From Camelus ferus (lineage: Eukaryota), in the NCBI RefSeq assembly GCF_009834535.1, contig NC_045696.1, positions 62,684,001 through 62,748,000 of the forward strand: a stretch of DNA of 64,000 nt, in the 5' to 3' direction. The notes beneath the pieces are model-generated. The model made no database searches and was not told the DNA's origin. It worked only from the letters and a program-made list of their open reading frames with translations. The first letter of the stretch is position 1. Every line of letters starts with the position of its first letter. Of the stretch, positions 1 to 11,180 are shown in pieces. The translations under genes were made by a program, and so were the position numbers.

Positions 1-1077
1 ATAATCGTTTGCCTTTTTATAGTACATTTAATGTGTTTAGATTGTCTCAGTTTTCCCCGTGTTAGATTATGATGCTTGTGAACATCTTCAGGTATATAGT
101 TTTTCTTTTTAAATATTATTTCATAAGGATAATCATCACAGTAAGGTTACTGAACCAAAGGACTAAAACATTTTAATATTATGCCACTAATATTTGACTC
201 TCTCTCTTTTGTGGAGTCCCTAAAACAATTTGTAATAGCAGTGCGCTTTTTTGCTGTAAATAAATATCCCAGTTAGAGACTGAGACTGGCTGCTATTGTT
301 TTAAGTTAAAAGCTAATTGAGCTGTGAAAACTCATTGCCAATTCAGTAGCAGGAGGTGCAGAAAATAATTGCCTCGATGTATATTGATTTTTTTTCAATC
401 CAAGGTGGTTATACTGTGAGATAATTGACCAACACTTCCTTTTAAAAGGACATGTCAGTTCCAAAGCAAAGGATTTTCTTCTGCTAGTTGCTCCATCTGT
501 CTTGAAACCTACTTCTTTTTAAAAATTTTCCATGAAAAGACAATGACTTAAAAAATTATAGCCGACTTATTCTCATCTCATTCTAATATTCCTCATTACT
601 TTGGTATTTTAGTTCCTGCAAAGATTTTTATAATAATTTCTTTTTCCTGTCTGATGTGACTCTTACATTTTCTTTTACATAACCTGGGCCCCGACTCTTA
701 ATAGAATGAAATTATGACAAAACTCCAAGCAAGTTATTTATTCAGATTTCAGAAGAGAAAGCAGAGGCCTCATCCTTCCCTCATGTTTGCATCACAGGTC
801 TGACTCATCTCGGGGTCTCTCCCTCTGTTTTTTTTTTCCCCCTAAGACGTGTTGCTGAAAGATTAAAGGAATAGGAATAGTCCTCAGACCTCTGAACACA
901 CCAGTTGCCCCAGGAGTAATATTTGTGTATGTCAAGGTTGCTGGTCCAGTGGTCATGCTGGAAGGGATGAGGAGGAAGCCAGGGCTTGGTGTGCAGTGGG
1001 GGAACAGGGCAGGGTCAGTGGATGAGGTTAGGGAGCATCTAGCCCTGCCCAGCGGTCCCCTGAAGGGTTGCTAGGCC

Positions 1078-1266
1078 AGCGTCCAGTATCTTGAGCTGGC
1101 CCTGGCCACAAGTGGCTATTTAAATTTAAATTAATTAAAAGTAAATAAAAATCCAATTCCTCAGTCACACTAGTCATATTTCTTGTGCTCAGCAGCCAAA
1201 TGTGATTGAACAGCACAGAAATGGAACATTTTCATCACTGTAGAAAGTTCTGTTAGACAGTGCTGT
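1078..1266 (-). mobile_element. MER3-type hAT-Charlie non-autonomous DNA transposon
   Basis: ggccacaagtggctatttaaatttaaattaattaaaa...cctcagtcacactag...gaacattttcatcactgtagaaagttctgttagacagtgctg is the reverse complement of the MER3 consensus as I recall it. Confidence 0.85.
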
Positions 1267-1729
1267 TCTAGAGGGCGTGGCAGCCTCCTGGGGAGGTTGA
1301 GAGGCCAACATTTAGGGTACTTGTTGGCCAAGCCCCTGTACAGGGGATGGGGTTCAGCTTCCTAGAAGAAAGGAAGTTGTAGGTGATCTGGGAAAGCAGG
1401 CCATGGCCTTGGGCTGGAAGGAACAGCAGTGCCAAGCAAGGACACTGAGAATCCCAGACACACACTGGGTCACCCCCAGTGAGAAGGAAAAGGGACTGTA
1501 ACTTGGAGATCAGAGCAAGTCCCAGGGCCACTGAAGCACCCTGGGTACCTTAACCACCAAGTGGAGAGCCTGCAGCTGGGGCTGGGGTTGCTGAAATCCT
1601 GCCCACCGGAGGGGCTAGGCCTGCCAGGAGGGGCTTCAGCTGGGGTGCTGGGAAGGCAGGGCCCCTCAGAGCCAGTTCCAGAGAGCTGTGTGAGCAGAGT
1701 TGGTGGGATGGGCAGAAAGGGGGTGCTAT

Positions 1730-4545
1730 CCAAGGGTTTGTTGATTTTTTTGATCTTTAGAAAGAACTTTTTGTTTCTTGTTTTCTCTGTAGAGTTTTTC
1801 TGTTTTCTCTTTAATTGATTTACGCTCTCTCTTTTTGATTTACTTTCTTCTGATTGCTTTGTTTTTTATCTTGTTCTTCTGTTTCTAGTTTATTAAGCTG
1901 AAGGTTAGGTTATTTGTTTGAGATTCTTCTTTTCTGATACAGACATTTAAAAGCTATACATTTTCCTCTAAGCATTGCTTTAGCTCTATCTCACCTATTT
2001 TTGACATGCTATGTTTTCATTTTAATTGAGTTAAAAATATTTTCTGATTTCTCTTCTCTTTTCTTTTTTGACCAGTGGGTTATTTAGAAGTACGTAATTT
2101 CTAAATATTTGGAGCTTTCCCAGGTTTCTTTCTGTTGTTGATTTCTTCTCTAAAATAGAGAACATACTTGATATGATTTCAAACCTTTTAAATTTATTAA
2201 GATTTGTTTTGTCGACTAGCATACAGTCTATCCTGGGGAATCTTCCACATGTACTTCAGTGTGCCAAATCTGTGCATTATATATTCTATAATCATTGGAT
2301 GGAGGACTCTCTGCATATCATTAGATGAGGTTGGTTGATTGTACTGTTCAAGCCTTCTATATCCTTGTTAATATTCTGTGTAATTGTTCTATCAGTTACC
2401 AGGAATGGAGTATTTAAATCTCCAACTATAATTCTTGAATTATATATTTATTTCTCCTTTCAATTCTGTTAGTTGTTGCTTCATGTATTTTGGGGATCTG
2501 TTTTTAGGTGCACTTGCATATATACTTACTGTATCTTCCTGGTGTATTGACCCTTTTTCCATTTGTAATTTTCCTCATTGTCTCTAATAATAATACTTAT
2601 GTTAAAGTCTGTTTTGTCTCATATTAATTTGACCACTCCAGCTTTCTTACAGTTATTATTTGTATGGTATAGCTTATCTCATTTTACTTTAAATGTATTT
2701 CTGTCTTTGAATCTAAAGTGTGTCATTTATAAGCAGCACATAATTTGGATCTTGCCTTTTATCCAGTCTCACAATCCCTGCCTTTGTTTAGGATGTCTAT
2801 GCTATTTATATTCATTATAATTAATTGATATGGTTTGGTTTACATTTGCCATTTTGCTGTTTGTTTTCCTTTTTTGTACATGTGTTCTTCTGTGATTGCC
2901 TTCTTTTATGTTAAATATATTTTAGTGTACCATTTTAATTCTTCTGTTGTTATTTTTACTATAATTTAGTTATTTTCTTAGTGATTGCTCTGGGGCTTAC
3001 AATGTGCATCTTAACGTATCACCATCTACTTCAGGTTAATAGGAACTTACTTCCTGTAAAATAGAAACTTTGCTCCAGTGAAGCTACATTCTCTCTCCTT
3101 CCCTTTATGCTATTATTATACATATATGTGTTATAGTTTGAATAATACAATATTAACGATTCTGCTTTATACGATTTTATGTTTTTTAAAGTGAAGAGAA
3201 GAAATGACAAAAAATTATATTTTTTATATTAACACATAGTTTAACATTTCTGTTGCTCTTCATTTCTTCCTGTGGATTCATATTACCATCTGACATAGTT
3301 TCCTTTTGGCCCGAAGAACTTCCTTTAGTATTTCTAATATGGCTAGTCTGCAAAGGATGACGTTTCTGTGTCTTTGTTTATCTGGAAATGCTTTATCTTG
3401 TTTTCACTTTTGAAGAATTGTTTTGTCAGATATTTTTCTTTTGCTGCCTTCAAGATTTTCTCTTTCTCTTTGTCTTTCAACAGTTTGATTATGCTTTGTC
3501 TAGGTATTGATTTCATTGTATGTATCCTACTTGATGTTTGTTGAGCTTTTTGCATATGTAAATTAATGTTTTTCATCAAGTTTAGGAAACTTTCAGTCGT
3601 TATTTCTACAGATATTTGTTTTCTATCTCCCCTTGTCCACTCCTTCTAAGACTCTCATTGCACGTGTATGGCATATTTAACATTGTTCCATAGATCTATG
3701 AGACTCTGGTTCATTTTTCTGCAATATTTTCTGTTCTTCAGATTGGATAATTATTGTTTCTTTATATCCAAGTTCACTGATTCTTTCTTTTGCCATCTTA
3801 AATTTTCTGTTGAGTTCCTCTAGTAGCTTTTCATTTCAGTTATTGAACTCTTTAACTCCAGAATTTTCATTTGATTCTTTTATTTAACAAATTGTTTGTT
3901 TGTTTGTTTATTTATTTATTTATTTGGGGGAGGTAGTTAGGTTTACTTATTTATTTTTAGAGGAGGGACTGGGGATTGAACCCAGGACCTTGTGTATGCT
4001 AAGCATCATTCTACCACTTGAGATATACCCTCCACCCTTCCATTTGGTTCTTAAAAAAATTATCTTTGTTTAAAATCTTTATTTGTTGATTCATTGTTAT
4101 CCTATTTTCTTAATTGTTGAAACATGTTTTCCTTTGGTTCTTTGGACATATTTATAACATCTGCTTTGAATTATTTTGTCTGCTAAATGCAACATCTGGG
4201 TATATTAAAAAAAAATAGTTTCTGTTAACTGCTGTATTTTCTGAGTATGGCTCACACTTTCCTGCTTCTTTGCTTGTCTCATAATTTTTTGTTGAACGCT
4301 TAACACTTTGATAATATATTGCAGCAACTCTGGTTTCTGACATTTACCTCTTCATGGTCATTTTTCCTATTTTATTTGTTTTTTCCCTTTGTTCAGTAGT
4401 TGCCTGGAATAAATCTGTGAAATCTGCCTCATCTCCAGTGTGTGGCCACTGATATCTTTGCTCAATGTATATTTTTTTAATTTAACTTTTTATTTTTAAG
4501 CCTGGATTCTTAGAGGTTGCCCCTGTGTCTGCATAGCTTAGTGGG
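1730..4545 (-). mobile_element. Ancient LINE-1 (L1M-type) fragment: 5' region, ORF1 and ORF2 endonuclease remnants
   Basis: Minus-strand ORF 3343-3579 (QKAQQTSSRI...SIPRQSIIKLLKDKEKEKILKAAKEK) resembles L1 ORF1p. ORF 2031-2222 (MLVDKTNLNKFKRFEIISSMFS) resembles the L1 ORF2p endonuclease C-terminus. T-rich plus strand, many stops. Confidence 0.9.
3880..4037 (-). mobile_element. Camelid tRNA-derived SINE (Vic-1 type) inserted in the old L1
   Basis: Reverse complement reads gggtggagggtatatctcaagtggtagaatg...cttagcatacacaaggtcctgggttcaatccccagtccctcct, followed by an A-rich tail. Flanking TSD-like repeats at 3865-3879 and 4038-4052 (13/15 identical). Confidence 0.88.
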
Positions 4546-4567
4546 CAAGTCACATATGTTCTAGGTC

Positions 4568-4835
4568 CGGGTTTCTCATGTGAAATGAGAATAAAGTAGT
4601 TTTCAACTTACGCGGTTCTAGGGAGTTTTGAATTACCTAATCAGTGAAAGTACTCAGCAGAGTGACTGGTACATACTAAGTGCTTAATGGGTGTGAGCAT
4701 ACTTATTACTTACTGTCACTGTGTAAGGAAAGTAAGGCTCAGAGACATGAAGTGACTCAAGATCATGCACCTGGTGAAAGTTAGAGCACAGCTTGAACCT
4801 ATGCCAGTCTGATGCTGTTCTACCAGGCTGCCCCT
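4568..4835. mobile_element. Two adjacent MIR fragments in opposite orientation (+ about 4568-4715; - about 4720-4835)
   Basis: tttctcatgtgaaatgagaataa...agtactcagcagagtgactggtacatactaagtgctt, then aggaaagtaaggctcagagacatgaagtgactcaagatcatgc. Confidence 0.65.
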
Positions 4836-6271
4836 CCTGGTTCTGAGATGTCTCTGACAAGTTAAATCACAAGATATTTGAGTAAGTGCTTGATGGAGCG
4901 AGGATTGGAAGAAATTTTGCCCCTTCAGCCCCTAGATTCTATGATTCTGAGATACACACATTGGACAGAAATGGGAACAAGCAGTTTTAGCTGTTGAACC
5001 TTGAGCTGGGTGGGCCCCTATGATAACCTAGTGCTGGCTGGCAATCTGGGCCTCAGATTCCTCAGGATCTAAAGTCGAGGAGACCACGTGTAGCCAGGAG
5101 GCATCTTTGGCCCTTAGTCTGGAAAGTGTGTGGCAGAGCTCACCTCACCGGGACCTTTGCAGGAGTCTGGATTTCTGGACAGTTCCCTGGGACCAGCATA
5201 CCTTACGTCATTGTCTGCCCAGCGTAGGGAATGAGAGGAAACTGCAGAAGAAAGTTTGCAGATCAGATCTAGCTGTTGCTGGAATGCACGTCCCTGTGGT
5301 CCCGCCACCCCACAGTCTTCTCCAGCCAGCACAGAGGATTGTTTCAGCCTTGCTTCCTGGATTTCCTTCCCCAAGGAGTAAAGGGCAAATCCCACATTTG
5401 TAGCTAGCTGGCTGGAGACTATTTCTATTAACTATGCCTTTGGGAGGTACGCTAATTTAATTGTCCCATGGACTTTCTTCCTGTCTAGAAGTGGTATCTC
5501 TGGGATCAAACCTTTCCTAGAGTCAGCGGTTTACTCTTACATCTAAATTTAGAGCCAAGGAAACTAATCGAAGTACTAGTTGAACTCATGTGCTTGGGAT
5601 GCATTTAGTATCACAGTGACTTTCTTCAGCAGGGCCTTTTTCAGGGAGAAAGAATTTGCCTTTTTTTTTTTTAATTGGGAGTGGGGAGGTTGATAATAAG
5701 GACACATCTTTGAAGTGTTTAGTAAGAAAGGGAATTTTTAAATATTTCCTGGCATTCATCTAATTTACAAGTGCACAGCTTTGCTAATCACATCCAGACA
5801 TGTCCTTGGCCCCAAGTCTTCCCATAATATTAAAAGCATGTTCACTGGAATGCAGCCTGCATCATTCAGTTCTGGCTACAAATGAAAAAAAGTTTCAGCC
5901 AACTAGGATTCAACTTCAGTTTGCATGCAATGCAGTTAAAATCAAAGAAGCGTGGTGGAATAGTTTCCAGAGGTGGAATCTCATTTCGTTTTCCTGTGTG
6001 TTGCAGCTCTTGAGTTAAGTCACTCCAGTAAACATTAGCTCGGGATATTGGGGGAGATTGCCTCTCTGATTGATTGACTATATTTTTGTGGTCCCTTATA
6101 GTGCAACATGGATAATTGGAAATTTCCTGGAAAAAGAAAATGGGGTAATGCCTATGGGGAAGATATTGAAAGAACACAGTAGAGACAGTTGAGGGAATCA
6201 GAAGCAAACCTTCAGCCAGTATTGTCAGTAAGGGGACTCAGGTGAATGGTGGCATTGTCACCAGGATTTCA

Positions 6272-6990
6272 TTCCCTCATTCATTCAGCAAAGATTTATT
6301 GAATTCCAACTGCGAGCCAAATCCTGCCCTAAGTGCTAGGGATACAGGGGTTACAAAAACAGATGTGGCCTTTGTCCCTGTGGAGTGTACAGTGCAAATG
6401 GAGATTAATCAAATAATTGAGCAGGTGGTTAATTAATTGTAGTTGTGATTAGGGTGGTGACAGAGTTGCAGGTGCTGTGTTAGTGGGGATTTGGGGGGAG
6501 GGGGGGTGTGGGAGGTGCTGTTAGGAAAAGCTTCCTTGAGAGAGAGAGACAATTCGGTTGAGACTGATGGAGGGGTGGGACTTAGTTGGGCCAGGAAGCA
6601 GAGTGAGACAGGTACAGCCTGAAAGCGTAGCGGAAATCAGCGCTTTGGAGTGGAAGGAACTTGATGCTCCCTAGACACGGAGGCCTAACCTGTGTTGCTG
6701 GAGCCCAGTGAACTGCAGACCAGGGCTGGAAGGGTGGGCAGGGCCAGGTCATGCGGGATTGAGAACTGGGGACTTTATCCTGGGGACAGTGGGATTTGTA
6801 ACCATTGATGGAGTTTTAAGCAAGGGAGTAACATGGTTTGCATTTTCATCTAGTGACTTAAGTGCTTTTTCGTGCATTCTTCTGTGGGATGGACCGGAGA
6901 GGGGTTTGGATTTGAGGATCCCCATGGAGCACATCAAAGCCCAGTGAAGAGTTCTGTTTGCGGCATGTGGTCCAGGCCGTTGTTGTAAGG
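6272..6990 (-). mobile_element. LINE-2 3' fragment
   Basis: cattcattcagcaaagatttattgaa...gtgctagggatacaggg...ggaaaagcttccttgag...ccattgatggagttttaagcaagggagtaacatg, typical of an antisense L2 3' end. Confidence 0.8.
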
Positions 6991-9564
6991 TTTTGAAGGA
7001 CGATGACATAGTCTAGGGAGCAGCTCTGCGGTGGTTTTCAAGTTCCAAGGAAGCTTCGAGTGCACCAGAAGGTAGCTGAGGAAGCCGGTCCAGGCACTTA
7101 GGAGGGCAGTGGCTGGGGACTTTTAAGTGAGAGGGGAAGTTTAGCACTCGGGGCAGGTGTCACAAGGGTGGTGGAGCTGGGAAGCTCTTGTCTGAAGTCT
7201 TCAGAGCTGGAGTCTCAGGGAGGAGAAGGCCATCATAGGAAAATAAAGATGTTCCAGATCTGAATGAAAGCAACTGAGGCGAGGAGGGAAGAGGGGCAGG
7301 AGGGGCTTCTGGGCTTGTGAAAGGAGAGAAGGGTGTCCAGGTGCAGAGGGGGATATGTGAACCCCCTGTGAGAGACATAAGAGTCAGGGCTCACTTTTCA
7401 CATTCAGGAAGGACCTGAAGGGAGATACTGAAGCCACTGTCCCCACTGCATCCCTCAGCACTGGAAAGTGGGTGAACCTGTCCCAGGCCAGGTTAGCCCG
7501 GTCCTGGCAACTCCACGTCCTCAGGGTGGAGGGCTAGAATAATTTGTGCCACAGCTCTAAAGTCAGAAAGCTGATTTGTATAAATCAGCACAAATTGATC
7601 CCATTACCGATGGTCATTCAGGGACTTCAGACATCAAAGTGAAAAAAACAGATTACCTCCCCCTTCTCACCTAGACCACAGCTTTGCCACAGAAGCAGGA
7701 CCCAAACAAAGATACCAGCGGCTGGGGTTCTGCTCAGGTGCTTCTGAACGCATGTGCTGCTTCTGGGGAGTGTCCCTCCAGTGCCGCCATTCCTCCCTGT
7801 TTCCCCGCACATCTGCTCAGAGTTTCGTGTTCCACTAATCACATTATCGTGATGGAACATTCCCCAACCAAGCTGCTTTTTCCATTCTTCATTCTTCTGA
7901 GTTCTGAGACTGGGAGCCTTCCCGAGTCCTGCCTGTTCTGTGTTTCCCAGAACAGTGCTCTCTTCCCAGTGCTCTGGTATGCCCTGTCCTTTTGTTCCTT
8001 TTCCCTTTTCTCCTTTTCTCTCCTTCTCCTCTCTTTTCTTTCTTTCTTTTTTCTTTAATTGGATTGAAGTCACCTGTGGCGCTGTCGCTGCTCTGGGGAA
8101 GGGTAGCCAGAAGGGACACTGAGCCCTCCTCGTTGCTGCTCCTGGTTTGTGCAGTGAGCTCTACAACATACCCAGCATTTGGGAAAATGAAACCGATGGG
8201 ATCGTTCAAGATACAGGAATAAAGTGTAAAACTCTTCTTTTTAATGTGGTCCATTTTCTTGGTAAAGATAAGAATGATTTGACATGAGGGGGGAGCTTCA
8301 GATTTTCTTCTTATCTGAAGTATAGACACGTCCTTCAGGACTGGTAATTTCCCCCGAATATTTTCTCGGTCCACAGTGTTTATGCTACTTTGAATACTGG
8401 AGGCTTTACAGACTGGGAGTGGGAGGGGTTGTGTTGACTGCCCAGTGAGACCTGAGGAGGGAGTAACCTTGTTTCTGGGTAAGGAGACCTAGATCAGATA
8501 GACTCACTGGGTTTCATGAGGTTGGAGAGGGGGTGGGGGAGGAGTGTTCTGAATCATTTTGAGGATTTTCCTAAACTTCCAGAATTAGGAGGCCATTTCT
8601 TAAGGTGCCCTAAGTGTATGGTGATAGCTACTGAGGGGAATTGGGATTTTAGTCATGTTTTCAGTTTAAAGGCAAAGGCAGGAATGATGGATGCTACTCT
8701 GTTGGCCCCTTCTTATGATCCAGTGGTGTTCGACAGTTTGAAATCCAAAAGGAAATCAGTGGAAGTGTAGGGGGCTCCACACATGGTGCTAATGACCATT
8801 CTTCATTCTATACTTAGCATTTTTTAGAAGGTGTTATCTGAAAACTTCGTGTAGTCTGACATTGTAGAAATGAAGCAACCACCAAGCTTGTCCGTTGTTC
8901 CTTTGCACTGAATTAACTCACCATTAATAAAAACCCAGATAGGGTTCTACACAGGTGGCCTCGGTGCAGGGCTCGTCTGTGTGTCTTGCTCTGTTTGTCC
9001 GTGGTGGACCTCGTGGGCAATCACGAATGCATTTCTATATGCCAGGGTGTGTTGCACAAACGAGACCATTGGTTTTTGGTCTTTGTTTTCCCCCTTATCC
9101 CCCTTTGTAGATGATAAACTCAGGCCTGTCTTCTAACAGAAAAATTTCATTACAGAATTTAGGATGGTGCTTCTCAAAATGAGGTGCCTCCCAGATGGCC
9201 TGGGGCCACCGAGTAGATCACAGAGCTCTCTGACTCTGGGAAATCTCAGGCCTTCAGGCTTTTCCTGGCCGTTCAGCCCTCACACTAGTTCCCTTCAAGC
9301 CTTGGGGTTTTGAGGGCTATGATCTGAGTTGGTTCCAAAATACCTTCTTCCTGGACTGGGGTAATAGTCAGGTTCTGGGCAATTTCACTTCCTTGTTTAC
9401 AGCCATAGCAGAGCCGTGACCCCAGTCTGGAGGGATTTGAGTCCCCTGGATTCCTGGAAATAAGTTGACCTTCTTCAGTGGCTGCAGCAGGTGGAAACCA
9501 GTTTCCCAGAGAGCCCGTGAGCAGGCCAATCCCAGTCTGAGTCCAGGAGTTCAAGGAGAAGGTA

Positions 9565-9775
9565 GACAGTTGGTGGAGAGGAGTGATGAGTTAGAGTTCC
9601 CAGATCTGAACCTCGGCCTGGCTTTGCTGCACACTGGTTGTGTGAACATCATCGTTTATTTGTCATGCCTGAGCCTTGGTTTCTTGATTTCTAAAATGAG
9701 GATAATAATATGTACTTCAAGGGTTTTATAGAAAAGAAAGGAGATGAGGTAAATGAAAATATGATGTAAACTTCA
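9565..9775 (+). mobile_element. MIR SINE
   Basis: Core ctgagccttggtttcttgatttctaaaatgaggataataatatgtacttcaagggtt. Confidence 0.75.
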
Positions 9776-10414
9776 GGAACATGGTTGCTTTTCCTGCTGT
9801 CTCTCTGGACGGGGAAGTCCTTTCATTCTTGGTACATACGTGCTTTAGCACCAAGCACATTAACAAGTTCTCAGTAAATCTTTTTGGGTTTAGGGAGTTG
9901 TTTTGGCAGCCCCAACTTAATGGTTTAAATTCTGACCTTTTATCGAGAGGTGGTGGTTGTTATTGTTGGGAGAAAAAATAGATTTCACATAAAGGGATGA
10001 AAAATGTAAAGTCTTTTGTTTTGTTTTTTTAATTTCCTTCCTCCCACCAAGACTTTTCATATTATCTTCAGCTCTTGATGGTGAAAGCAGACCTTGGCTT
10101 ATTGCTAGGTTTCCAGGAGGAGGAAGGAGAATGAAAAACAAGCAGGATGTTTTCCCCTCTGCAGAACTGTTTATAAGTTTTGGCCGTGGGAGTAACACCC
10201 TACTCGCCTAGTGGGTCTGGCTCTGTGGCCTGAGGCTTGGCCACTTGCGTACAGGGCTGTTTGATTTATCTGGAGAGTGATTTGAGACTTAGAGCCTTTA
10301 GAATGGAGATGCTATGCTCTAGTCCCTTGTAAAGCAAAAGCTACTGCTACTGCTTCGATAGATAAACTGGTTGCTTTATGCAGTTGTCCCTGTCAGATAA
10401 TGGTGGCATCAGCA

Positions 10415-10625
10415 GCAGTACCTGACATTAATTAAGCAGTAACTAGATGCTAGCCTCTGTTCTAAGTGCTTTGTGAGTGCTCAGCCTCATCCCCCCAGCC
10501 ACCAGAGGACGTAAGAAAGCAGGTACTATAGTTCTCCCATCTTAAAGGTGGAAAAGTCCAGCACTGAGAGGTTAGTGACTTGCCCCTAAGCACACCTCTG
10601 GGTGAGTGGCTGACACGATATTTGG
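10415..10625 (-). mobile_element. MIR SINE
   Basis: ctctgttctaagtgctttg...cccatcttaaaggtggaaaagtccagcactgagaggttagtgacttgccc. Confidence 0.7.
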
Positions 10626-10944
10626 AAAGATGACAGCTAAGAATCGGAGGCTAGAGATTCATTAATTAATGTCCCCTTCCCAGTGTCTGGCACAAGGCAG
10701 GACCTCAGCAAATGGCAGTTTTTAGTCATATTGATCTGGAATTGGCCTGGAGAGGTGGGATGTCTCTTGAGGGAGAAAGTGTGTTTGTAGTAGCATATTT
10801 CACTGGAGATCTTGGGGGACTGGGGCCATCAAGAAAAATACTGCAGCTCATTTGGAACTAACTTCAGAATTTTGCCTGAGAGCTTACCCTTTGTCTGTGA
10901 GTTAACTAGACAATTTACCTGTCTCCCCTCATGTTTCCATGTGT

Positions 10945-11180
10945 AGTGCAGTAGGTCAGGGTATGGCCTGTGTAGGCTGCTTCAAACCCTAGGTCTGCCA
11001 GATACCATGTGTGTGCATGTGACCACTCCGGGCCCAGATGTCCTCCTCTGTGAAGTGAGGATAATAACAAATCTATCCCCAGAGCTGTTGTGACAAGCAC
11101 ATGGGTGTCCGTGAGAGTGTCAAGCACGTGGTAAGCGTACAAGCAATGATGATGTACTGTTATCATTGACATTTATTACC
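10945..11180 (+). mobile_element. MIR SINE
   Basis: ttcaaaccctaggtctgcca...tgtgaccactccgggcccagatgtcctcctctgtgaagtgaggataataac. Confidence 0.7.

Noticed and set aside
5797..5820. p53 response element (agacatgtcc)
   Set aside because: Only one good half-site; the second half does not fit RRRCWWGYYY.
7627..8374. K/E/R-rich and F/S/L-rich overlapping ORFs
   Set aside because: Artefact of translating the polypyrimidine tract at 7995-8056.
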